A DNA stretch of 64,000 nucleotides from Psilocybe cubensis. Taxonomy: Eukaryota. Numbering within the stretch: the stretch's first letter is position 1; each line of letters opens with the position of its first letter. Below, piece after piece: positions 22,301 through 33,692 of the stretch. The DNA lies in contig CM038999.1 of assembly GCA_017499595.2 (NCBI GenBank), positions 1,674,001-1,738,000 of the forward strand, written 5' to 3'. The notes beneath the pieces are model-generated. The model was not told the origin of the DNA. It searched no databases and worked only from the letters and a program-made list of their open reading frames with translations. The position numbers were made by a program, and so were the translations under genes.

Positions 22301-22873
22301 TGGGCAGGATTGCCGCCTTCATCCCCACCAGCTCCATCTAGTCCCATGCTTCTTACTGAAGAAGATGGTCAAACCGACGACGAGATGGACGATCTTCCTA
22401 TCGCCACTTCAGACAGCGAGCTTGACACCGACATGAATGATTGTGACACAGATACTCCCTCCCCTGCTGTTGCAAGCCCATACGATGACAATACTCCTGC
22501 CGACAGTAATAACGACATGTCTTTCTTCCCCCTTCCAGATGAGACGTCTGCCGAATCGGCTCACATATCTTCCTCTGACCTTTTTGAACAATTTACGAAT
22601 CTTAATGACCATTCGGACACACTTCATGGCATGGGTAACATTCATTTGGACCCCGAAATGGAGGCACTCTTCCAGAACGGGCTCGAGAACATTGACTTCT
22701 CGGAATTCTGGGCAACCTTTACACCTTTGATCGCTGAAAACACTCAGAGCACTCAGGATTCTCACGTTGACGCATTTATTGGTCAAACTGAGAGTTCAAC
22801 CTCCTTTGATGAAGTCAACCATGCAAAACTGGCCGACGAAATGCAAACCCTGTTGAGTGGCTGTCTCATGTGA
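19315..22873 (+). CDS. Ams2/Spt21 N-terminal domain protein (putative histone gene regulator); long low-complexity body and acidic C-terminus
   Basis: N-terminal LRVLYTINSSPQYILARS...SLKMCLDTICRSSPEL...DFSLYVLDPLE...VAVGLGFMSW pattern resembles the Ams2/Spt21 N-terminus; 930-aa final exon rich in S/P. Confidence 0.65.
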
Positions 22874-23190
22874 GGATTGACCCAGTTCTCTTTGTAAGTC
22901 GCCTCGAATCTCAACTCCAAAGCTAGCGATAAAATTGATATTGTTCCAGAATTCCGATGAACATACTTGTTTAAAGTGGACATTTTTGACACTTTTAGGG
23001 CATCCAGAAACCTTGCATAGATACCAATCATTCATCTTCTCATTGTATACTTAGAATAGCACATCTTCGATCAATCATTTACAATATTTGAGCATCACAA
23101 ATATGCACTAGCAAGGACATCTCGAAAATAAGGAAAGATATGTATCGTTTGAATCGTGTTTATAAAACTGTCAACATTCGATGATCTCGT

Positions 23191-24541
23191 CTATTCCAAA
23201 CTCCCAACTTGCTCTCCCGTTACCTTGCCCTTTGCTTTCAGCTCAGATTGGGTTCGTTCGACTTCATCTTGTACCCGCTCAATCGACTTGAAGTATTTGA
23301 CTGTCTTGACGTGAAGTTCTGCAGTAAATGTCAGTTCAACGTTGATCTTAGTCCATTAGTTCACTATGGTACTCTTACCTGCAGTGGCATCTTCATCTGT
23401 GACGATGAGTGCCCACGGGTGGAGTTGAAGGGCAGAAAGCGTCCACTTTAAACATGTCACAGTGAACTATAGGCATAATGCCAAGTTAGATTTCAAACTT
23501 ACGAGATGATTGACGCCCTCCTCTGCTTGCAATGTGAGTTTATCAGCTATTCTTTACGACAGTTTATGCTTACCTATGGCTTTGCTCAGTGCCAGTGCCT
23601 TACGTTGGCCGGTTACCACAACCACGACCTCTCTCGCGTCAAGGACGGTCGCTACACCAACGGTCAAAGCCATGCGAGGGACTGCGGATATGTCATTGTT
23701 GAAAAATCGAGCGTTAGCAAGAATGGTGTCATATGCCAAAGTCTTGATCCTGGTCCTCGACGCCAAAGATGAGCCTTAACCAACATTCAGTATGCATTTT
23801 TGACAGGAAAAAAATACTCCAAACCTGGTTCCTAAAGAAGGTTTGAGTGATCCGTAGCTATCCAAAGACAAAGAAACTTACATTGAATGCAATGTGCCCG
23901 TCTTCACCGATACCTCCAAGGAATAGTTCTATGCCGCCAAATTGTTTAATACGTTGCTCATACGCCTTGCATTCAGCAATAAGATCCACTGCGTTGCCGT
24001 CAAGTATGTTTACTTGGGAAGGTGGAATATCAACTGGAAGAGTGATGGCGTAAACCAAGGTAAGATGCTATTTGGCAGCCAAAAACGCACTATGGGAGAA
24101 GAATTCACGAAACATGAAAGTATGATACGACTCGGGATGGTCTCGGGGGAGTGCAACGTATTCGTCCATGTTAAAAGTAACGACATGCTTGAACCTGTGT
24201 TTTTTCAGCATAAAAGCGGAATGCATTGAACGTATAACCTTACGAGAGCCTCTTTTCCTTGACCATCGTGATCAAGGCTTTATAAGTCGGGATTGGGGAA
24301 GAGCCTGTAGGCAGACCCAGCACAAACGGGCGAGTGGCAGTAGGTGCAAAATCATTGATTCTTTGAGTATAGGATGCAGACATTAATTTTGTTGTGCTTG
24401 TTCGACAACGAGGTCTGACCAAACCTCTTGCAGATGTAGTTTGCGATGTAGTCTCCTACCGCTGGGGCATCCTCCCGAATAATGAGACCTGGAATGAGTT
24501 GGGCGATATAATCTTGATATAATGGATCACGACGTACGCAT
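23191..24541 (-). CDS. NAG1: Glucosamine-6-phosphate deaminase/isomerase (NagB family)
   Basis: MRLIIR..., [86 protein letters not shown], ends VGSLE*. Confidence 0.95.
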
Positions 24542-24926
24542 GATGTATGGTCTGAGATGATATGGTGTTGCCTAGAGTCCAGTAGCTAGTTTTAAGGAGT
24601 TGCCAATTGGCAACGACTGTGTAACACCGCCATAACCGAGTTTTTGAGGCCGTTATCATTGGCTAAAGGAGGTATGAACATTGAATATTGACCCTCAAAA
24701 TAACTCGTCCGAGAGCAGGTGGAAGGTGCCAGCAGGTCGTATTGCTGGAGGTAGATAGGGGCATCTGATCAAGGCGCGCACAAGTGCACAACCGACTTCG
24801 AAGCAACGTGCTTCCATTCAGAGCTGAGAACAGTCTTTTTTTAGAACCTTTCTTGTCCTCATACAATCGAGACATATGGCAACCTACTATTTGATAACGG
24901 CTTTTTAACGTTCTATCGACGTGCTC

Positions 24927-25598
24927 ATGATTAATTACAGTCGACTTCGGGTCGCATCTCTGAAGCGAGCCACCTTTTTCTATCGGTCGACGGTTGGAAA
25001 TGACGCGAAAACCCATCAACGAGGTTTCTCCTGGTCTGGAATTCGGGTGAACCGGCAGGAAACGGTTGGTGGTGAGTTGTGAACCATCGAAGAATGATTC
25101 ATCTCATTGATAGCTGGTTAATGTTATGGCTCAGACGCCTCCGGTTGGGAGTATCCGATTTTTTCTTCTGACCGTATAAAGGATCGCAAATCTGTGTTCC
25201 TCGCACATGCTACCACACTTCCTTCATCAACGCAGCTGAACGACGTGATTAACCACCTTACTTCCCTTACAACTCTGAAAAAAGCCACGCATTGCATGTA
25301 TGCCTATCGCATAACTGTCGACCCCTCAAACCCATCGAATAAGTTTGTTGGACAACATGATGGTGGTGAGAGTGGGAGTGGTGAACGATTGAGTAGACTA
25401 TTGGAGGCAAATGAATGCGAAAATGTTGTGGTTTTAGTGTCGCGATGGTATGGCGGTGTAAAGCTGGGGTCAGACAGATGGAAATTGATTTCGTCTGTCG
25501 CAAAAGAGGCGCTTCTTAGAGGGAATTTTATCAAGAACAAGAATGTAGAAACAGCAAATTCATCTGGAAAGCCAGTTGGAAAGAAAAAGAGAAAATGA
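24927..25598 (+). CDS. IMPACT/YigZ (UPF0029) family protein without RWD domain
   Basis: IKDRKSVFLAHA, KKATHCMYAYR, HDGGESGSGERL, VVVLVSRWYGGVKLGSDRW; first exon from ATG 24927 joined via GTGAGT..CTCAG intron. Confidence 0.8.
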
Positions 25599-25643
25599 TT
25601 ATCGTATTATCAACGAATGGTGATTACAGAGAAGAACTACAGA

Positions 25644-26974
25644 CTAAATGTGGGACAAAACTGACATCAAGTCACTGAAAAAAACCTGTTCCATTACACT
25701 TTCAGCAAATTTAGGCCAGGGATGTCTGATGCAATCTTTCATATGGAATGGTCCTGGCGACGATTCAACGATGAAGCGCATATACGAGACATCAGAATAG
25801 GTTGGAATCATGACTGGGAGATAAGTAATGTTGTAATGGGGAAGAATCCTGGGTAAAAGTCGATCAAATATGTACACTGCAGAGCCAAAGATGAAGGTCG
25901 TTATTTCGCAACTGAAGTCTGTCCCATACCTTGCGAGTTGTAGTACAGACTCCATGCGTCGATTGAATTGGGGGGTTTGCTATTTGAGTATAGGTTACGA
26001 ACAAGTGGGAATCGCTTGGGAAGGCCCAATACCGCACAGAGAGGTTGTATAAACCAAGTACCATGCCATAGTATGAGAGACTTGGAAATTTCCAGATCAT
26101 TGGAGATCACCCGAAGGGTACGTAACAGTGCAGGGAAGAACGAATTGATAGTCGCGTGCAAAGCAGCGTTGACCAAGGTGTGCTCTAGGTTCACATTACA
26201 GGGTGTGGGATGCAGGTAATTGACACTGGCGCATAGTTCGAGTGCAAAAGCCCATCCTGCAGCAAGATAAGTAGAAGCTGGAGCAGGTAAAGGCCCGCGA
26301 TTGAGAACGATGATATCAGCCTTTCGTGCCTGACGAAGCCAAAAACTGTTTTCTATGCGGATACCCGTTTCTACATCGACGGTCGGGACCATGTATGCGT
26401 CATCTTCTTCGTTATAAGATGCATACAGTGTGGTCGAAAGTGCATATTGAAGGACCGACGAACGTTGTTCCCGTAGTGTATTGCGACTAGGGAATTTCTT
26501 TTTTCTCCCAATGAACACCTCTAAGTCATCAACGGCAGAGGCTGACGGACGGCATATATGATGAAAAGTACAATAGTCGCGTCCCAGGCAGTGGTGAGAA
26601 CGATTTTCATGGGACTCGAGCCTTTGAAGCCAGACGGAATGAAGATGATACGTTGTATCTGGACCAACAAAAAGAAGCCTTTTACCGGCTATAAATCGAC
26701 AGACCTCTAGTGAGGGTGTTTCGCCATATAGTTCACCACAGCCATCCTTACTGCGTAACACCGGCCAGTCCTGACTAGGAGGAAGGGTCCATTCACGGGT
26801 ACATGTTGGACTCGCATTGAAGGTGTTGGCTACTCCTGTGAAAGCAGAGAGGTCGAGTTCGTCCAAAATATAATCAAGAGCCGAAGTCGGATCGGCTGGG
26901 GGGCGGTGGAGGAGCAACACGATGAGGAGCAAGAGGACGAGGAGAGATATCCACTTTGTGGCGGTTGATGTCAT
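25644..26974 (-). CDS. Type II membrane protein with degenerate PC-esterase/SGNH-like fold (uncharacterised)
   Basis: N-terminal TM (WISLLVLLLLIVLLL), GKRLLFVGPDTTYHL, ADIIVLNRG, C-terminal KDCIRHPW after one intron. Confidence 0.6.
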
Positions 26975-27079
26975 AGAGCCCTAACCCGAGACTGGGGTTT
27001 TGGAAAATCAGCTGTCAACCTGCGGTGCAATTTAGAGAGCTCACATCCCACTTGTGGGCCCCTGGACTACTCTTACACT

Positions 27080-28631
27080 ATGGTGCCATTACTCGGCCGT
27101 CTTTCTTTTCGCGACTACGGGGCACTCATTTTTGGGTTTTTGTTTCTTGCTCTCGAATCTCTTCTACACATCATCATCGTCTGTCTGCCAAAGCCTGTCA
27201 TCAATTGGTTCTACAGGCGATCTAGAGCTCTGTTTAACCGTCTGTCCGAGCGGCGAAAACATCGTTCAGAGGAGAAGAAAGCTGGAGATCGCATTCTTAA
27301 TGCTAGAGACTTCGGCGAGCTTTGTAGTATCTATGGATACATCCACGAGGAGCATGTTGTTTTGACCAAGGATGGCTATTTGTTAGGTTTGCACCGTCTG
27401 CCCTCGAAGATGGGTCAGAAGAAAACAAATCCAGGCAGCAGTACAGGGAAACCTGTGGTGTATTTGCACCATGGGCTTCTCATGAACAGTGAGGTTTGGG
27501 TTTGCTTGACAGACGCAGAGCGTGCGCTGCCCTTTGTCCTTGCTGAACTAGGATATGATGTTTGGCTTGGAAATAATAGGTAAGTTATTCTTTATCTTGT
27601 TTAAACTGGGCTGACACATCCACATTCCAGGGGAAACAAGTATTCTAAGAAGTCGCTGCACCATGGGCCTAACACAGCCAAATTCTGGGACTTTAGGTTA
27701 GTAGCTCTCGACAACCGAAAAATTGCTTGACATCTGATTTTTGTACAGTATAGATGATTTCGCATGGCACGATATCCCCGATTCTATCAATCACATTCTG
27801 GAGGTTACCAAGGCCGAAAAATTGAGTTACATTGGTTTCAGTCAAGGAACTGCTCAGGCGTTTGCCGCCCTCAGTATACATCCTGGCCTCAATGAGAAGG
27901 TCAATGTTTTTATTGCCTTGGCTCCCGCTATGAGTCCTCCGGGTCTCTCTGCTCCTATTGTTGATGGGCTTATGAAGGCTTCGTGAGTCGTAATTTGTTC
28001 ACGCTGCTACCCTCGGAAACTCATGGCCACATACAGACCAACATTACTATTTCTCTTTTTTGGTCGCAAATCCATCCTATCCTCTGCGACGATGTGGCAA
28101 TCCATTTTATATCCGCCTATTTTTGCCAGTATGATCGACCGTTCTTTAATTTGGCTTTTCAATTGGTATAGCCATAATATATCCACGGAACAGAAGATCG
28201 CAGCATACGCCCATTTGTATTCCTTCGCCTCCGTCAAATCTGTGGTGCACTGGTTCCAGATCATGCGGAATGGTTGCTTTCAGATGTACGATGACGATGT
28301 CTTGTCTCCTGTTGTTAGAACATCTGTCAGCTCTTACCGGCCGGCTCGTTTCCCTACGCGCAATATTGTAACCCCCATTGTCCTTCTCTATGGAGACTGC
28401 GACAGTCTTGTGCACATAGAGACGATGCTGGCTCAATTGCCTGACCACACTGTGGCTAAAGCGCTGCACACATACGAGCATTTGGATGTTTTATGGGGAA
28501 AGAACGTACACAAAGATGTTATCCCAGAGGTTATCGAAGCACTAAAATATTATCAATGTAATAAGGGTCGAGATGACGCGGTGGTTGACAGCAAACCCCC
28601 TTGGACAGAAATAGTTAGCGATATGGATTAA
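27080..28631 (+). CDS. Acid lipase / steryl ester hydrolase (Tgl1/Yeh-like alpha/beta hydrolase)
   Basis: EEHVVLTKDGYLLGLHRL, VVYLHHGLLMNSEVW, GYDVWLGNNRGNKYS, nucleophile IGFSQG, YGDCDSLV, YEHLDVLWG. Confidence 0.92.
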
Positions 28632-28752
28632 ATACATTCTTTCTGTTGAGCTTTTCACCAAGAAGTAATAGAATGATAGTAAACGAAAGATGGTATATAC
28701 TAATGCATAATGTGCGAGATCATCTAGAAGAGGTCGAGGATAATATTGAAGT

Positions 28753-30325
28753 CTATGATTCCTCAATTGAATATTTATGGTTTTTCTTATCTTTCCGCGA
28801 TTTTTTACCATCCTCGTCCACCTTGTCCTTCTTGCTTTTCCGTTTCTCTTTTGTGGGAAAGCTTGATTCATTGCGGCCTTCGAGTTTGTGTCTCTCAGAC
28901 ACCTCCTCAAAGCTGGCAGGTTTTCTAGACTTCTTCCTCTCTAACTCGCCATCGTCCTGATCTTCACCTGCAATCGCAGTTTCATCAGTCAACACCTCTT
29001 TATTCTTCCCTTTAGCGTCTTTCTTTTTCTTTTTCTTTTCCTTCTTCTTTTCTTGTTGCTCTTCAGAGACACCTTTCGATCGCTTCTTAGACTTTTTAAC
29101 CTCTATTCCCTTCTGATTCGAGGGTTCCGAATCCGACTCTACTTCGGAAATATGGCCGGTACCTTCATCCTCCTTGATTTTCGGTGGAACAAAGGACGAA
29201 AAGGATGAAGCAGAGGCGAGAAAAGAAGAGGACATGAGTGAAGAAAATTTCGACAAACCCATTCGTTGTGTGGCCTCCTCTACTTTGACTTCAGAATGAA
29301 CTTCCATCTGAAATCGAGAGGCACCGAGCCCCATCCGAGGAGTACCAAAATAATCACTTTCATCCTTGATGCCATTAGACAAAGGTGGTGTGGCCGACGT
29401 GGATTGAGAAGAGCGCGCAAGCAGTTTGTCCTTGAAGTAATCGGCTACACTTTTCGTGGACGTTGTAATCTTGTCCACTCCTAGCGCATCGGTTTCCTCG
29501 ACGGAAGTGAGTTTACCTTGGGTGTTTCCTTCTATGGTAGTAGTAGGATTGGGTGCAACACCCAAGATCTCTGAAATGTGAGCAGCGGACTTGGATGAGA
29601 TATTTTTCGCGGCAATGGCACGCGCACGATGCCTAAATTATATACAACTATCAGTAACTCGTAGTATTTTAGAGAGTGAATTTTAACGTACGCTCTGTGG
29701 CGAGGAACAATTGGCTTCTTTTGGACCTCTACAATGACCTCCTCAACGACTTCTACAGAGTTCGCAACCATAGAGTCGACCGGCTGACTGCTCTCTTCAT
29801 CATTAGTCTCTTGGCTTTTCTTCTTTTTGATGCGTTGATAATCTTCCTCATCTTCACCCCTTTTATGTTTTCTTTTCTTTTTCTTCTCGCCCTCCATTGG
29901 TGCATCCTCATCAATTTTGTCACTCTTCACGTCGACCCTTTCCTCTCGAACCCCGGCCTGCTCCACGTCAAGGTTCTCATTTAAACGCCTCAACAAGTTC
30001 TCGAAGTCCTTGTTTTGTTTCCATGCGATACCATTGGGATCTTTGGCATGGTTGGCGCCTATCCCCAGCATGTCGAGTTTATGTGAAACTTTAATGTGGG
30101 ATTTCATTCCATCACCACCAGCACCCAGACCTTTCGAGGAGTCCCACCCGAACTTCGACAGGTAGTTTGAACCAAATCTAGCAGCGTCTGATAGTTTGTT
30201 CGAAGGAAACCGAAGCTCAGACAGACGTTTCTTATTGGCAATACAGGCGACATACCATCGGCCCAAGTCAGATTTCGAGGATCGTTGGGAATTCGCTGCT
30301 TGACTTTTCTACCAGAGAGACCCAT
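28753..30325 (-). CDS. PXR1: G-patch ribosome biogenesis / telomerase regulator Pxr1/Gno1/PinX1-like
   Basis: MGLSGRKVKQRIPNDPRNLTWAD..., FGSNYLSKFGWDSSKGLGAGGDGMKSHIKVSHKLDMLGIG G-patch, KKE/D-rich C-terminus. Confidence 0.85.
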
Positions 30326-30699
30326 GGCGGCAGGAAGAGAAGGAAGGGGTTGGAGAGTGAGTACTCCAATTAGTCTCCGTACCTAGGAGAGCGTTACGAG
30401 CGTCTTAGAAAATCAGCTGGTGCTGTACTCAGAAAAAAGACTGCTGACGCTGCTTACGTTATCAAACAAGACAGTGGAGAATTCGTCCTGAAGTTAATTA
30501 GGAGTGTACTTCACGAGTATGTTCTTTGTGCCATCCATCCAAATAATTATTGTGTTGATACATACAAATAGCAAAGATCGATGTCTAGCAAAACAGCTAG
30601 TAAATCATGATAAAAATAACATGTATGATGTACTACTAAGAAAGCGCCCTCTCCACCTGGGTATCCTTGCCCTTTCAAAGAAATCATTAGAAATACATA

Positions 30700-32818
30700 C
30701 TAGACATCTGTGCACCAGATTTCCAGTTTGCCCTCTGACTTGCCCTTAGAACTTTCGCGGGCTGTTTCAATGGCCAGCTCATAGTCAGATTCATCGCGAA
30801 GGGTGACCTTCCCACCGTCTTCGTCCTTGAACTTCAGGCCGAGAGAGTTAGGACTCTTTCCAAATTTGCCAGTCACTTTATCCATGAACTCAGAAAATGA
30901 GAGTTCAGGGGACAGCGTCATGCCTCGAATATCGTCCTGGTAGTGCAACTGTTGAACATTTCTAGGTTAAATCCAATCAAAGGCAAAATTGAGAACCACG
31001 TACCTTAACGCGAATGAGTATAAGCTCAAAAGGTCCGTCGTCATATTCTCCGCTGACATAGCCTTCCTCCTCCTCCTCATATGTACTCTGAATGCGACTT
31101 GGGGCGCGTGGGTTCCGTCTGGTGTTCTTTCGTCGAATGGATCCAGTACCACCATAAGAGGACGGTGCATACTGACTACCGGGAGCACTTCGTGATCCAG
31201 TACGTCCCAAAGGTGCATTCAACGACTGCGAATTAGGTATATAGTTGGGGTTTGCATTAGAACGCGCCCAAGCACCAACCCTGTCTGCACCTCCTGCTTG
31301 GTTTGGGACAGGTGGGGCATTATCATCTCCCCCATACGCATCGATATACTCGTCATAGAATTCGGTCATGCGAGGATTTCCATCTATTCCACAGATCAGT
31401 GAGAAGAAATCCACTTAAGCTGTACTGAGTTGCAACGATACCTTTAGCAGGAATGGCAGGTGAGTTCCCGTTAGGATTGGCCGGAGAAGCGCCTCCTCTG
31501 CGAACACTCAGGCCACGAACGGGGCCTCCGATGGCCGCATTTGGCGAAGGGCGAGCCGGGGTAATCTGGGTATTACTCCTAGCAACCCCAGCGGCCGGTG
31601 ATGGCGCTTCTCGGGGCGACTGTTGACGCAAGCTAGTTTCTCTACCTAACTGGGGCCCCGGTGTGGTTTTGGATCGCTCAACCCCGGCAGACCTTGGACC
31701 TTCTGCAGCTTCTACAAAAATGTTGAGTAATTAACGTCGGACGTTTTTTAACGCGACCACATACTCATCGCAGGCATCACTGGAGGCACAGTAGCACTGC
31801 GGAGCAAATTGCTACTTGCTGATGGTGTGTTCAACAGATCCGGTCTGTCCAAGTATAACCCTGCTGGGGAAATTCCTGCTTTCAGACGGGCAGATCCAGA
31901 AAACTCTGTAACAATATCGCTCGCATCGCTCGATGCAACAAGTTTCTACGGATGCGAATGTTAGGAAACAGAAATAGTGGTGCAGTGATACGAAACTCAC
32001 GGCCTTCCCCATGTAATCTCTGGTAACTGAATTCTTGAGTTTCTTTTCCGATGGGCGGTATAGGACTCCGACGGGCTATGCAAATGTCAGCTCTCACTCA
32101 ATAATGCAGTGATGCAACCATCAGTACTGACGATGCTAAAAACAGTGTAACCTTCTCCGCGGTCTTGGATAGCGTCGTCAATGACATTATGCTCCTCGGT
32201 GGCCTTGTCTTTCCTCGCCTCTTCCATGTCTGCAAGACCATCCTGAGTGCGACCCATATATATTTGAGAAAGGCCCTTGTTAAAGAGGACCTCAGCGGAG
32301 AAGAGACGGAATTTGAGGCCTAACTGCTCATAATTACTGTGGCTTGTTAGCGAAGGTCTTGTTTAAATTTAGTTACATGGCGTACATGGCTTGATTGCCT
32401 CGAAGATACAGTAGCGCTTCCTCAAAGTCCTTGGTGGCGAGTTCGTAACGTCCGAGTAAAAAGTTGGAAACCCCGCACTGAAAGTAACTGTAGACTTCCG
32501 ATATCGGTAGAGATTAAACGGGCGGAAAAGGATAACGCACGCAACAGCCAAGTATTGATCCAAATTCGTTGCCTCGATGAAGCGCTCCACTGCAGCTTCA
32601 TGTTCACCAAGGGTCGCATAGATAAGGCCCATATTTGTCAGGATCTTGGAGGAATCCGCGATTTGCTTGATTGAATGTAATGCGCATCAATACAAGGACA
32701 TCCAATACTTCGATATGAACAGACGCACCATAAAGAGTTCGAGAGATTTCTCGAAATCCTCTTCATCATAAGCTTTCAGTGCAGCGGCCCAAGTTTCGAG
32801 TTCAGCTTTGAGAGACAT
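30700..32818 (-). CDS. noxR: NADPH oxidase regulator NoxR (p67phox-like; TPR + PB1)
   Basis: MSLKAELETWAAALKAYDEEDF, SKILTNMGLIYATLGEHEAAV TPRs, YLRGNQ, EVLFNKGL, C-terminal PB1 LKFKDEDGGKVTLRDESDYELAIE...KLEIWCTDV*. Confidence 0.92.
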
Positions 32819-33692
32819 GACAAGGCGTTCCTGACGCTCTAAAGTACAAGGGAAGGAGTGTTAGAAAAAAAAAACGAAAGTAGAAGAGAAAAAGACGGGA
32901 AGAGACACAGTCTCGGATGGGCACAAGCAAAAGAAAACGGGATATGGACCTTCGAAATATATAAGCTCTGTGAAGACAGCTTTGACTTGTTCTCTGAATC
33001 AATGATTTTGTTGTCAAGGTCGATTGCGGTAACTGCCGATGGTTGTTTGAAGTCCATCCCATTCCATCCTTATGTATTCCCAAGGAAACAAAAACATGAT
33101 CACTGTATATTGTGGCTTGTGCATTTTCAGCGTTCAACAATCTCTGGGTCTCTCTAGAGGTCACTAGATCCTCGTGGACCCTCCCAGACCACGACCATCC
33201 TCCCGCCTCGCCCCGACATCAATGGAACTCATTGGTGCACGAAATCCATCGAGGACATCAGGCTACCGACAGATGTCATCCTGGATTGATCATGATTCAC
33301 GACCACCGACTGTGGTTACACCGGTCATGCACCATAAATGATCTCACAGGTGTCACATCCACCCTTACTTACCTCGGACTATATGAGACTACTCAACAAG
33401 TATGCAGAGCAACTGCAAAGATCAAGACGCCCCTGTTATCAAGCTAAGCTAAGTAGAAACAAAATCATCATTGCAGCTGGTAATCACTGTGCACACACAT
33501 TCACTGTACATGTCGTCTTCAGTGAGTTATTAAGCACTGTCTCACCCCAAGACAGTAAAATCTTTTGTTCGATCTCTCGTCTCTGTCTGCTCTTCACATT
33601 AACGCATTGAAATTACAAAATGATTACGAAAATAGGATAATTTGCATGTACTATAAATACATTGTCCTGCCTGCGAACCCCCAGCCTGAAGT

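Noticed and set aside
23191-24541. GlcNAc catabolic gene cluster around NAG1
   Set aside because: No GlcNAc-6-P deacetylase, GlcNAc kinase, hexosaminidase or transporter among the neighbours
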